A DNA stretch of 64,000 nt, taken from positions 248,001-312,000 of the forward strand of contig JASANG010001107.1 in NCBI GenBank assembly GCA_030248215.1, read 5' to 3'. The position numbers were made by a program, and so were the translations under genes. The notes beneath the pieces are model-generated. The model was not told the origin of the DNA and did not search any database. It saw only the letters and a list, made by a program, of their open reading frames with translations. Shown piece after piece: positions 12,892-27,800 of the stretch (position 1 is the stretch's first letter; the number at the start of each line of letters is the position of its first letter). The stretch comes from Enoplolaimus lenunculus (taxonomy: Eukaryota).

Positions 12892-15800
12892 TCAGCAATA
12901 GCTTTCCTTTGATACTTCTGCGGCCTGCATCAGGCGTTGCACATCTTTTTTCATAAAATCTAAACTGGCAACCGTATTCGGAAGTCTAGGATACATTCCG
13001 TACCATTTCCGTTCAAGATCTAAAATAGTAATTAAATGTAAGTTGTTGGTTTACGTAGGATCATTAAAATTGAACAAAACATTTTTGCGGCTATTCAATA
13101 AACTCTGAAATTTTACAAAACATACTATAAAAAGCAAATTTTTAAACCGCATTTTTACACTACAAATCATAGTACTGAAAATCAAGATAAAAATTGCAAA
13201 TTTTCAATACGGTTATCTTTCAAAATACAATGCTTCATATGGATTTTGCAAATTTAAGATGATTAGGTTGTTTATGTACCACCTAAGAACACACCTGAAC
13301 ACGTTTGTGTAAGTCGGTTTAACTGATCTTCAAGCGCATTGCGAGATGCAATAAGTTCCTCGTCTTTAACCTGACTATTTGGTGGAGTGTCATTGTCAGG
13401 GTCTTCCGATAACGCGGTGCTGTTCAGTACGGCTTCATGCCTAAAATTCGTTTCAAATTCCAAATTTGATGCATTCTTCATAAGAAACGTCACGTTAAAA
13501 CACGAGTGTCATTTATAATTTTTATAGCTACAGCGTTTGCCTGGAATACAGCTACGTGCCAAACACTGCATAACTACAATAACTATTCAGATGAAACAAT
13601 ATACACTTTGGCGAATCCAAACGGAAAAGCATCCTAGCCTCGGCATCCCAGAGATCAAAACCAGTCGTAGTAGAACTACATGTTTTGAGCGAACCTCGGA
13701 CATACTTACTTTTTAATTAGTCCTAATCAGTGAAATAATTTAAAGTCATAATTTAATCTTGTTTGCTAAGCTAATATGCAAATTACCTATAAACGAACTA
13801 TTCTATTATCGGCTTTGGAGGTTAATAAATAATTTAATCAGATTTCTAGCACCCGAAAACGCTTGAGTATAGAATTGGTTACCTGTCAACCTAACAACCA
13901 ATCAAATAATTTAAAGTCCTGATTTAGGTTTACAGTCACGGACAGAATTAAGTGCAACCGCGCTCGGGACCCAAATGCGGTTCGAATCGCGATCGCTCGC
14001 AACCGCAATTTACGTGGACGCAAAAACTGCGATTGCAATCGCAGGTTCGCGGTTAAAATCGCGGTTACAGACGCGGCTAAAATTGTGGTTACAGACGCGG
14101 TTAAAATTGCGGTTACCGACGCGGCTAAAATTGTGGTTATAGCAGCCGTGGTTACCCTAGCTTATTACTCTGTGCAGATTTAAGCAAAACCAAGTTTGTT
14201 GCCGTACAACTAGTCTACGTAATACATATATCAAACGCGAATGCCTAACGTACGCCCATGCATACTTGATACTCTATACATGTGCTCAAAACTAATTTAC
14301 ATATGTGGTTAAAGTTAGAATACCAAGTAAACGCGACCACAAGTGTTTGTGCGGGAATGCGGTTCAAACCATGACAGCGACCGCGGTTCGAACCGCGAAT
14401 CGCGTCTAACGCGGCTACAAAACCGCAACCGCAGTGGACGCAATCGCGGTTTCTGCGCACTTAATTCTGTCCGTGATTGTAGCTAATGACGGTAATATAC
14501 AAATTAGCTATTAGCTAACTATCCTATTATCAGTTTTGGAGATTAATAAACAAATTGTTCAGATTTCTCGTACTCAAAAATCCTGTAGTACTGAAATTAG
14601 AACGCGTGTACCCTAATATATAGCAAAATGCAGTAAAAAGTTCTAACTTAGGCTTAACCAATTATGCAAACAGCCTATTAGCGGTTCCTGAGATTCTTTT
14701 CGGACAGACAGCCGAATGAATGACTGTACTCTTGAAGTAAGTGATGGCTGATCTGTCTCTCTCTATCTCTGTTTTTCTCAGTATATCTCTATAGTTACGC
14801 AATAATGACGAGCAGATATTCTGAGAAAAAGCATTAGAAATAGTTTAATTTGAAATTTTTTATTTTTTGTGTGATGACCAAAAATCGACCGAAACCGAGA
14901 CATTTCTTGGCCGGTCGCGGTAGTCAGGTTTAGGTCTCGGTCTCGGTTTTTAAGTGAAACCGCCCATCTGTGACGGACAGACGGACATCAATCTTTCGAC
15001 CTAAGAGTACAAAACATAAAACGCTTCGCGAAACTTTGAGCTTCTCTTAATAAAACTTTGAATTAAGATTTACTGTTAAAATTGCGTTTGGCTTATTAAC
15101 AAAATATTGAACTGGAATCAGTCCTTAAATTTATGTGCTTACTCTTTTTCTTTCACGCCCACTCTTGCTTGGAGCGCTCGCACTGCGGTGTACAGATCAA
15201 CTGCCTGCGCTGTAGCTACGTTTGTTTTTAAGATAACGCCTTGTGCAGTTGTACCAAGTGAGTTTGGTACAGACACAGGTACTTCTTCAGGAATATTAAC
15301 CTGAGGTAACTGACCATCCATAGTGTACGCACGTAAAGTTTGCCAACGATAGCGGTGTGACATTCGAAGACCTTCAATAAAACTTCATTTGCACGCGCAA
15401 GTGCGTGCAGCGAGAACTAACAAACTGCAATTTGCAAACGCAAGTTTTTGACAGAGCTGCAGGTTGCACGTGCAACTATTTGCAGCTGCAACTTGTAGCT
15501 ACGACTTTTGTTCTAAATCTCATTACTAATACTACTTCCATCTGCAATTTTAGATGCAAAACTAACCCTTGCAAATTTTATGTGAGTTCTCGCAGCAAAA
15601 ACTTACAGTACGAATATGGCTTAAAGCACAAAAAGCGCCAATTACATAACAATTTTCCATATAACATTATATTACTTGTCAGTTTTTTAAACGAATATAA
15701 TACGTTCACGGTAGAGACAAAGCTATGCACTGTTCTGAGTTCTGCATTTACTAGGTCACAAAAGTGTTTCATATTGATGTATTATTTGAACTGTTGTGCA

Positions 15801-18800
15801 TAAAAATCGTGAACATCGGATGGCAAAGGCCGTGAGGAAAAGACTAATCGAATTTTTAGACACAACGTTGTCCACAAAACCATGGTAAGACACCTGGAGG
15901 ATTTTTGCACATAAAGCAAACAAAATTGGCCGGAACGTCATCTTCATCGTCCATATTTAGACAATCACCATGAAGCCACGACGAACATTCGTCACACTAA
16001 AATAACCATTCGTTTATGACTTACCAGCAAGACATCAGCAGGTACAACCGGATGCCTCACTGCGGCATCGACAAAAAATAGACCTGCGTATCCAGCAGAA
16101 TTTTTAAGCAGGTTCCGGCAATTTTGGTATCGAAATTTTTCAGATTTTTATAAAAGTTGTGTCCTTCAACAGGTTGATATTTTCTAAGTTTGGTAAAATA
16201 TTGACAGACTTAAATACACAGATTTTTAAAAAGGCTTAGAAACAATTTTTTGACAGTACTTTGTACATTACTGTTAAAATTGCAAATTTGACATCATTTG
16301 ATGACCAAATTTTGTTTCAACTCCGGCTCGAGCTCCGGCTCAGGCAAAATTTAGTGAGCTATGGATCCTGCACTAGGTTTTTAATTTCCGTTTGCACCCT
16401 GCATATTTTCTCTAAACGACCAAATGTAATGATTTTACAAAGCTGCATTAGTAACAAAATTTGCTATATAAATCAATGTAAAAAGCGCGTAGATTGCATC
16501 GATTGTCATGTCTCTCTGTGATTATTTCAGCCAATTTTTAACCACGGTCCATAGAAACTCGCCATAGCATTAATTGTTGATTTACAGCTAGGATAAAACG
16601 GTTTGGATTGCCAGTAGCAATTCCCGCATAGAGCATCCATTCCAAAAATAATGCCATAATAGTTGCTTTGACAGATACATAAGTAATTTCATTTTATAAC
16701 TCAGCAAGAGATAAGAACCGAGTATAATATTTTCATTATTATTTTTATTAAAAATAGTTTGGAATATGCAGGGGTGGATCTTTAAAGAAATCAGTGTCAT
16801 GTCCCGGTTATATCGTGATCTGCGCCTGGGCACAGGAGCGGTAGCTAGGATGAATTTTAAAAACATCCAACCAAAAACATTGCTAAAATTTTAAAAACGA
16901 AAGGGTCCATTTTTACATAAATTTTACAAATAAAAAACTTTCTTCGTGTTCGAAACGTGCCCCTCATACGACAATTTTTTCTGCCTACGACAGTGCCTGG
17001 GCATACCTGAACCATAAAACCTTCGTCATCAGAATCTTCGCACACACATCGAATTATATCGGTTGGATCTTTTCCTTCCGCTTCATCTTGTTCTTCGTCA
17101 ACATTTTGGTCTGAGCTTGTGTCACTGTCACTGTCGCTGTGTACAGCAGTAGGTCTTTGCGTGATTGACATCCCCTGATCCTCGGTTAGCTTTTTACCTG
17201 ACGAGATTTTCGTATGATCATCATTTTCTGCAAAACATACAAGTATGCAGCACAGTAGTATGTTTAAATTTATACCAATAGAATTAACGTCTACTCTTTG
17301 TCTGCAAAACGCGTTGCAAAACGCAGTACATACGTTTCAGTTCATACCAAAAGAAGTAAGATTAAGATGTAACGAAAGTCCGTACGACAGAATAACTGTC
17401 GAAGCAATTCTTTAATTTTATCCAAAACCAACTCGACCTAACAACAAAATATTAAACACCACTAGTTATATATGATTTCAGTTTCCAGTTATTAGCTTAG
17501 ATCGCGCTATTTTGTATTAATATTAAAAATGCAACAAAGAACGCAATTGCACAGAATAAAGTAGCAAAAATATGGCAACTAGAACGCGGGACCGGTGTAC
17601 AGTTTTCACCTAAATCAACCTTAAAGATAGTACTTACCACCAATTGGCGTACTCCCGTCAGTAGCAGCAGCCGCACGTTCAGCAGGCGTAGCTTCATCAT
17701 CAAACAGTTCATCATGACCACCTGAACTTCCGGATTTTTTGCCCCCAGACACAGCTAATAAAGCCGATATCGGCTGTCGCTTGACAGGCGGAACTGCACG
17801 ACGTGGTCTACTTGTTTTTCCTTCAGTTGTCAAGGCATTTGGTTTACACACGGATACTGCACCTACCGTTTTGTCCTTAAACGAAACATTGGTAATGTTT
17901 TCTTGGTTAGAAACATTCAAACATTCACCATTTTGCAAATAATTTCTATCCGTTTCCTGCGGTTCAGCTGTAACGGTTTCAGGTTGCTCTGGTTCTGCGG
18001 TAGATATTTTAAGATTCGCATCAGTTTCTTGACCACCTGATTCAGTTTGAGGACCAGATTGAGGTTCGACAACCAGCTCCAATTCTAAATTGTCCTCTAT
18101 TGACCCTGATATATCGTGGTGTCTAACAGTTGCGTTGGTTTCACTAAGACCAGTATCCAGCGGTGTGTCTGGCAGAAAATTATGGACATGCAATGTCTTT
18201 CGATGAATTATTTCTGTAGCTGCATTTTCTGAGTTTTTATGAGTTCCGTTGTCAATTTGAGGCTGACTAATTTTAGGTGTCCCAGTATTCGTATGTCGCA
18301 TGATCGATCCTGCATTTCCTGAAATGATTAGATCTTTTCATACAAAACACAAAGCTAAGGCTAATCTAAGCAGAAATAAAAGATAAATTTATATATTTTA
18401 AGCTGGGTGCAAACGGAATTCCGATTCCGATTAGAATTTCGATTCAAAACGAGTTCCGATTCCGATTGCACAATCGATCGGAATCGGAATTTTCACATTT
18501 TAATTTTAGACCTACTTGTTGTGATTCAGCATCATATATCAATCAAACTATTTTCGATACGTTAATATTGATAGGTTTGTAGCTTAGCTTTACAAAGCCA
18601 AAAAATGATTACCAATTTGTTCATGTAACGTTTTTGAGAATCGTTGCCAACCAATAGACACCCTGAATCAATATTATACTTGTTAATAGAAAATATCCGT
18701 GTAGTTACAAAATTTGTAGTTCCGATTTCGCATCCGATTCCGGTATATATTTGCTGTTCCGATTCTGATTCCTGTATAATCCAGTCCCGCATTACACCCT

Positions 18801-21800
18801 GATTTTAAGAGAATTAACTTTTAGGTTTTGTCTTGTAGGAACAATCGGATATTACATAATACGAAAGATTTAAGTGTTCCAGGGTAAGCCAAACTAAAGT
18901 GATAAGACAACTTCATTCTTTCACTAAATTCTTTTGATTACATAGAACAACGTTAGACAATATACTTGCACTACCACGAAATATAAATTGAACTTGTTGA
19001 AAAAATTTCATTTTTAAAGGTTTATGGTTTTAAGAATGTAAAATGGCCCAAAAATAACATTTTTCAAAATTTGCATTCGAGTGTAAAATTATTACGAGAT
19101 GTCATAAAAGCTCAAATGTTTCCAAATCCTTCAAAACAGAGCCATTTTGTGCAAATGCTGACTGTGTTATAATAACCGAAAAGTTTCTACATGCTCAAAC
19201 ATTATTTTGCACCTAGTCTTTACGTTGCACACTATTAATTTAGCACACCTCGGGATTTGAAAAGCCTGGTGCCACTTACCATATTCATTTTGAGAATTCG
19301 CAATAGTTTCTGCAATAGATTCCGCGTTCATAAGCTGATGATAATACTTCAAATGTCTTTCCAACAATGTTAAAGTTCGAAACTCTCGGCTACATCCAGC
19401 TTCAGGACATCGATATTTATGCTCAGGCATGAGATACTGCGGCGATTGAGATCCAATTGGACCAACTTAAAATGTCAATGTATTAGGCGGGCATAGTTTC
19501 AATAACACTTGTTCACATGATCAAATTTCAGAATTACTTTGATGTGTACTGCACTAGATTCATGAAATTTTTGCGTATCTAAGCATTGGTAAATTGCACT
19601 ACTTTAAGAATGTTCGATACGAAACACGATGTTGCGAAATTTGCAGTGAAGTAAACTAAACATAATTTTTCTGACCACCGAATAAAAAATAGTAATTCAT
19701 GACACGCTAATGACTTTAACAGTCAGTTGCTTACAAACATACTGCAAAAAATAATAAACAACATTAATTTTTATACTAAAATGACTGAAACGACAAAAAA
19801 TTATAATTTAAATCAGCTACGTAGTGTAAAATAAAAATGTGTTACCCTTGCTAGCAACACCATGAACTTCCAAATAATACTGCTGCAACGCACGCTGGTG
19901 GTAATATCGAAATTCGTGAAAAACAACAGTCCGAATGAGAGAAACGTCCACACCTTCGTTTATCCATCGTTGGCTATTACCTGGGATACGTACTCCACTG
20001 TGTCTACATGCCTAGAAAAAATGTTACCTAAACATCGCTAGGGTTAAAAATGTTTTATGGCGCTGTCTCACTAAAATAATTCTAAATTGACTTTCGAGCA
20101 CAACCAAGCCAATTTCACAAACAGTCTGCTATAAACAGTTTAGTTCAGTTAGGTATATCTCTGTTGTTTATACTGCAAAACTAATTCAAGTGCAATGTAT
20201 AGCGTCCAAAACGGAGAATGATTTTAAGTTCTCCGCAGTGTACACTTTTTGCATCAGGATGCTATTTCCTTAAAGGAAGCTTTTTACCACGCGTTTTATT
20301 ATTATATCCAATCGTTTGGTATTAGGGCTAAAATGTCATACCATGCAAAATAATCGATCATTTTCCAGTTTTAACCAAAACTCGCGCCCAGCCATAAACT
20401 TATCGACATCTGGATGTTGCCGTAGAGAAGTGTTATTGCCTATAACATGCATTTAGAAATAAAAAACATGTTCACAGCATCGAAAATTTTACCAGTAAAC
20501 TTTTAGTATATTATGCAATATTATGCTTGCTCTACGCGGAACTTATTCATTGCTACCGTTGCTGAAAACTCAACCTGCGAAACACCGCTGCAAAATCATA
20601 GCGGTATTTTGTGATTAAATTTTTTACACAACTTTATACTAAATAATTGATGGTCCACGTGTGAAATGAGATACCGTGTTTTCACACAAAAAAATTTTGA
20701 ACAGAAAAAACGTTACAACCTTGGTTGCGTTCTGTGTTATTCGGCATTTGTCTTAGCAAAACATCGTTTTGACCATCTGTTTCTATTCGATCATGCTCGC
20801 AAGATTCGTGGAGAAGGGACGTTGCATGAATTGCTCCATCATGCTCAACTTGTTGTCCTTGGTCTGGTTGTTCTGACTCAGGTTCTGAATCACTATCCGT
20901 TGTTACTGTTATACCCGCTGTGATTGACGAAACCTCAGTTTGACTAGGTTTTTTCGTTTTTACTAAATCTGGAAATACTCAAAAAAAGATTTCATTGAAT
21001 TTTATTTACGTAATACTAAACAACCTAAATGATATATCTTGTTGAAGATAGTGATGAAGCAAAATATAACAATACCAGCAGTACAGTGCTGAACATCAGC
21101 GTATCCGTGGATTTACTGCGGTTAAATTAAAGAGTTTTCACGAATAATTTGTGGATGAATTGAAGGTTATTGAAGTTCTATTCCACGGACAAACAATTCA
21201 TATGCCGGCAGTCTCTAAAGATGGGGTCGCACACATACGATTGTTTAAGAAGGAAGGCAGGAAAATTTTGCCTGTGTTTGTGGTAACATAGCAGTTTTCG
21301 ATTTTCTAAAGTGAGAGGCTGGCGGCAGATTCATAAATTTGACACGAAGACCAAGTATATTGTAATAGTAGAAAAACCTGAAGAACAAAGCGAACAAGCG
21401 AGCAAGAAGCCAATCGCATTTCTCATGAAATCGGCAAATCCATCTAATTCACTGTTGTTTCGAAGCTTAAAATATCTGTTGCACCATTTCTCACCTTCCG
21501 CAGAATTAAGGGGTGAATTGTAGTCACAAGGCACATCATCCGTACGAATCAAAATTCTATGAAAATGACGCAAATGTTGTTCAAGAAGAGCGCGCGATCG
21601 AAAACGCCTTGTACAACCAACTTCACTACACAAATGCTCGGCAAACACGGAACTAGTCAAAACGTTAACAGCGTCTTTTTCTTAAAATAAACAAACGAAA
21701 TAATGGCATAATAATAATGAAGTGAGACTTGAATAAAAAAGATAGAGCAAAAAAGGCTTGCATCGATGCCCAACTACTTTCGCAGATTATATGAACAGAA

Positions 21801-24800
21801 CCGTTACGAAACATTTTAGAGATAGCTATCATATGGATATGAACGCAGATGTTTAAAGCCAAATGCCATAGCATGTGCTTGGTTTTCGCTCGTGGTACGT
21901 GGGCATTTTAGCGGGCAAACCATACATTTATATTACATAAATTTGCATTAACACAAAACACTTTGAAAGTTTTTGAGTCACAACTTCGCCACCTTTCTTT
22001 CAAAATGTAAGCAATCAGTTGTATTACATTATTATGCATACCTGACTTGAGCAGGTCCAAAGCTTTCTTGTGATAGAACTTTTGTTCATGTTGAACAACG
22101 TTACGAATTTGTCCTACATCCACACCGCCCTTAATCCACTGCGCGACACCAGTGACAACACGTATACCACTGCGAGCACACGCCTAAACACAGAAAGCTC
22201 AATTGTAATTGCAATAAAAAATACTTAAGCGCTATTCACACGTGCACGCTTTTGCAGCTAGAACTCGAAGCTGCACCTTGCACGTTAACTATTTACAGTT
22301 GCACGTATTTACAAACATAGCAATGTTAATCAGAATCTCGAGATGAAATTATATACATATTGATGAGCACTCCTTGAAATAATAACACCAAGAGTCGATG
22401 ATTACTCCATGGACAAAAATAGGCAACTTGAGCACAATCGCATGGTACAAATTATACCAGCGCATGTTGCGTTTTTTCCGACCCCCTACCACTTGAATAC
22501 ACAATAATATAGGCGATAGTAACAATAATATATCTGAAGAAACTTCACTTTAGAAAGTAAATAATGGTGAATCAGCAAAGTACACCATAAATAAAAGGTG
22601 GGTAAGCTGAAAATACAACGCTTGCTGGGTACATTATTTTCTACGCAGAATGCACCCTGTTGCATGCTGTTGTCAAATATATGAGATTATCAACTCTTGA
22701 CGTAATGTTTTGCAAAGAGCTTTCATATAGCCGTTCAAGTCGAATTAATTTATGGCCATTGGCTGGACTGATAATAGGTTATGTTTGATATTGCAGTCGT
22801 CTGCAAATTGTTCAAGTCCAGGTTGAGAATGAGAATCAAATAAATATTTCTTTGGAAACGCTTGCAGAATGCTATTTACACGTGCAAGTTGCAGCTGCAA
22901 ATTCTCACTGCAAAAACTTGAAATTGTGAACGCAGCTTTAATCCAGAATAATTTTGAATTGGATTAAAACTCATTCTGGAGTCAGCAAACATCATAAACC
23001 TTCGAAACACTTACATACCTTACAAAACAACTTATTATTCTCCAGTAAGAGCCAGTCTTCTCGGCCTTTCATATACCGCGAAACCACTGAATCATCAATA
23101 CGACGTGGTTCTGAATAATATTAAATTATGTTTACTCTTTGTATACCATACGACATGTAACCAGTGTTTCTTAGTTGTGAAACTCGGTGCGAAAACACAA
23201 TCAACTTAGTTTTTGCACATCATTTGTAATTTTTGCACAAACATATGCACACTGAGATTTATCTACAACTCGTTTTAGGTTAACAAACTATACTATGGTT
23301 TCGCTATGTTGGCTAAAAAATTACTCGCTTTGGCCGCGTTTGAGAAGTGGCGTGTCTTATGACGAAATTACGTTTGAATACATTGGGCTGAGCAACAACA
23401 ATAGTGAATTGATCACCAAAAATATGGAATTACTTTTTCGCGCAATGAAAAATAGTTCTTCACACACCTCGATTCGAACAAAATTTCGCTTGCCTCCAAA
23501 TTTAAAAACAAATTTTGTATGTAACTATGAGTTTCGTAAAAACACATTTAATCTCTGCATTTCAAACCACTTAACGTGTTTTCCGAATAATTAGCGTTAA
23601 ACGTTGTGAAACTAGACCTTTAACTGAAAATTAAGATTAAATCACGCATATCAGCCTGAAAAACTATTGATGAACATTTTCAAAGTTGCAAAAAGCTAAT
23701 TTCTTCGCAAAATGTACGCTAAACTTCAACTAATGCGCTATGAATATAATTTGTTAATTCTTCCATTAAAAGTGAAACCTTGTCTATTAAACAAACGCAG
23801 CAATAATTAAAAACAACTCTAAACATTAACCTGAGATATCTGCTTTACGTTTCACTGGCATTTCATCTGTTTGAGTTGCTTGCAGAGGCAGTGTCACTTT
23901 AGCCGGGCTGACTGTAACATAACAAAGATACAAGATACCACATCAATATAACTGAAATCCAGGACAATTTCCATCTGAAAATGTCCTTTTCGAAATTTCT
24001 ATATCACTCGTAATTTACATCGCATACAATGATTAGTGACGTGGAGTGTACTTAACGTTGCTTACGACCATTCTAAGCCAAAGAGGACCGATTAATGCAC
24101 TTTTCATCCAACAACTGCAGCGGCGAACGTAGAATAGAGTTGTAATTTTAAAACTTGTTAGCTAAATAATCAGTTAGCAGCGGAAACCGTGCAAAAAACT
24201 TCGACGGCCGTACAATAACTTGAAAGCACACCTTGATTTTGAAGCGAATATACAGCTCGGTAATGCAGAGGAGTGACGTCATGGTTTGGAATATGACGAG
24301 AAAACAGATCATCCACGCCTTTGACCATCGGCTGATATTTCAATGCACAGTGTTCAGCAAACACTTGACGGCACATGCTGCAATATGCAGCGCCACATTC
24401 GTATCTGAAACAAAACCAATAGTGTGCCAAAATACATCCATAGCGCCAAACCAAAAAGCATGTTGTACACTAATTTGAAAACGTGCTCACATCCTTACAT
24501 CTATATATGCATATAATATATATTTATGGTTTGAGATAGCTTCATAATACGAAAGCGTTCTAAACCAGGGTACAATTACAAAGGTTGCACAGGTTGCACA
24601 TGATTGCAACTACGGGTATATACTAGTTACAAGGTAAAGTTAGAACAGTGTATTCAATTATCGTGCCATTTGATGAAGTTATATTTCAGTATCATGATGC
24701 TTATATACAGACCGAGACCGATTTTCATGTTTTAATTGTAGAGTTATAACATAATATATTCTCCTATTATCGCATTTGCGCAGGTTTTGGCGCAAAAGCT

Positions 24801-27800
24801 CTGGTACTCAACACAAGCTACCTAAACTGCAACAAGAAAAATTTATTTGCCAAATCTTACTTATGGCTCCACACGCTGATTCCATGAGGTTTGAAAGCGG
24901 TCTTATATTTTGAGTTTTCGGCTTTGGAAGACGAAAACCTTTTGCCGTCAACTACTAACAAAACTGAAATTTCGAATTGAATGCTACTGCCACGGTCACC
25001 ATACTATTCAACCATGCAGCCGAGTAAAACAATGGCGGAATTAACGTAAACACTGACCTCAACCAATCTCGATTCACAAAATAAACATCCAGAAATTGCT
25101 CCCTACATCGACCAGCAGCGGATTTACGCTTTCGGTTTGAAGAACTTGTAACGCCTCCCAGCCGATAAGCCTGTCGTTCATCTGTACTTGAAGGTTGATG
25201 CGTCGTATTATTGGTCGGCTTCGACTTTTGTTCCACGCTGACTTGCTCTAAAGCAGATATCATTGACAGTGGCAAACATACTTACAAATCAAAATTGAAA
25301 CCGCATATTTTAAGCATGAACTTGATCTTATACAGAACAAGTCGTTTGACTAAATGTCAAATATATAGGCATCACTATCTGACCTAGTCGAAAACAAAAC
25401 AAACCGATAACCATTGTTCCGCTTCATTACGGTCAAACTAGCCGTAGTGGGATTACATGTAAGATTGAGCGAAGCTCGCACCAATTATATACTGGTCAAA
25501 TGATTAAAACATACAATGACTGGTTAGTTTTGAATCAAAAATGACACCTAGATATTTAACTTCTTTACTGAGACTGAGCTTCCATCGATCAAGTAGAATA
25601 TCTCGAACGACACATATACTTCGTCTATGAGAGAAATGCACTCTGTGGGTCTTAGATGCTTGAACCTCCAAGGCATTCATCGTGCACCAAACAGAAACTG
25701 TTTTAGTGCCCAATTTATTCTGCAAGATGTGCCCTGTATAATTATCCAACACCCTTTGAGCACTATCGATGTGCACGAAACTTTATTTCTGTAGGCCCCA
25801 TTTAAGCCAACTTAACCTGGAACACATAAGATTACTTATGAATCTGCCTACCCTCTTATCTGAGCCGAATAGCTTAAGGGTGAAACCTTTTTCTATCTTG
25901 GATGCAAGAATGTGAAGGGCCGTCAATGTAGATTTACCCGTGATATGCATGCTGAATTGCCGATAACGGATGAAATGATAACACACTTTGTATAAAACGA
26001 AGTCAAACAGATTTGTCATATGATTTTGCTGACATATATATTAGTCATTTCCCGGTTTGGGAATAAATACAAGTTTAGATACAAGCCACGTCAGAGGCAC
26101 ATTACCTTTGACGATACAAGACCGGAAAATCCTATTTAGCGGGTTAGCCAAAACATTTAATCTTGCGTGCAGTACCACAAGCTTTTGCAACTGCTGCAAT
26201 GGTACCTGATTGAATTTTTAGCACACCTACGTTTATTCCATCAGGAGTAGTTAACTCTAAGTCTACGAGAGAAATATTCTTTAAGATACGTAGTGTATGT
26301 CTTTTCGCAAAATCTACTAAAATTAATTCTTTTCGGCACCATTTCTTCAAACAGTTTGAATTGAAATTTAATATACCTATGATCAGAACACGATTCTTCC
26401 TCAGATACTCGCCAGTTGTTAACGTACAGGCAGTGAGAAGTCAATGTGATATCAGGCACCTCCCTCCACACTGCATTGACAAAGGTGGGTATAGCTCCAA
26501 TAGTAGGTACTTGCAGATTAGCGTCATATAATCTAATAATGCTAATCCTCTTTGATTTTCATTAGAGCTCCCGCACAACGGTGATGAGCACTGCTGTCAT
26601 GCTATCACAGCCTATCTGATATAAATGCGATACTTTGGCATGGCACTGAGAAAAATTCTAGATAAGAATTTATAAATTCAACTAATATTTTGAATAAGAC
26701 ACATTCTAAGGTATTCATTGTGCTTATTTCACTGAAAACAGCCGTGTGCAAAAATAAGTCGCCGTTCCGGGGCGGAGACAAAAACGATAATTTGCGGCCA
26801 AAGATAGTCTCAGCTTCAGCCCATTTAGTTCTTGTTAAAACAAAAATCGCCTCCATGTGTTCTAGCAATAATTTCGGTTGCTTTAGACAAGTAACGTGTT
26901 CTGGTTTTCTCCTCTGAGGTTATATAATCATAAGACATCGTAACCACAAGACAAACACTTTGCTTATGTACTAGTTAGTAATTACTTAGTGAATTATTAA
27001 GACCTTGGCCCATATTCTCAAATGCGTATAGCATCTATCATCAGTTGGCGATAGGCTCTTGCCAACCACTGGTGATATTTGATAATACAGACCCAAGCCA
27101 AAGACATATGCCAGAATAACCTGTTTCGTTCAGAGATCCAGCTTCCAAATCAGCAATTAAATCGGTCGCTGGTACGCCAGAATCACGCGTACCAGTTTCG
27201 TCATCAGAAAGATGCTGAGCAGATGTCTCACTCAAACAGCTCTTTGCAGATGAGGCTTCGATACTTCCCAGAGAAGAACCATTAACCCGCAACAATACAG
27301 AATCCACTGTGTTATCAACCTTAGACGCGTCAATGTCCAAAGTATTATTTGTCTTCTGAGTTTTTGAGCTGGAACCTGACCTGCGTGTGGTTGATTTTGA
27401 ACGAGCTGTTCCCATCGCAAGACGACGCAACACAGTACCATCGCCAATAGCAAGCTGATTAGCTATTTTACTAAATTTTTCGGCTGCTTTGTTTGCATTA
27501 AATCCTAAATCGGTTCTGCCTTTACGATCCCCTGAACTCGGCAATAAATTTCCATCAGCGGCAATCGGCTGACCTAAAACACGCAGTTCATATGATTGGT
27601 TCTCATTTTCACCATTGTCATAAAACTAGAATAATACATTAATGTATGAATGTAGCTGTGAATATTACCATAATGCTGGTCTATAATTAATACGGAAATG
27701 CAGAGTTCGCAATTAATAATATTTGCCAGCTGAGCACCAAAACGACCTATGGTGAAGATAACGAGTAGTAACTTTCAAAATTGCCACTCGTTAACCCAAC

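Noticed and set aside
22226..22940. Possible PIF/Harbinger MITE (gctgcgttcaca-like ends, tgca-rich interior; similar text at 15385-15575)
   Set aside because: The ends are too degenerate to define TIRs or a TSD with confidence.
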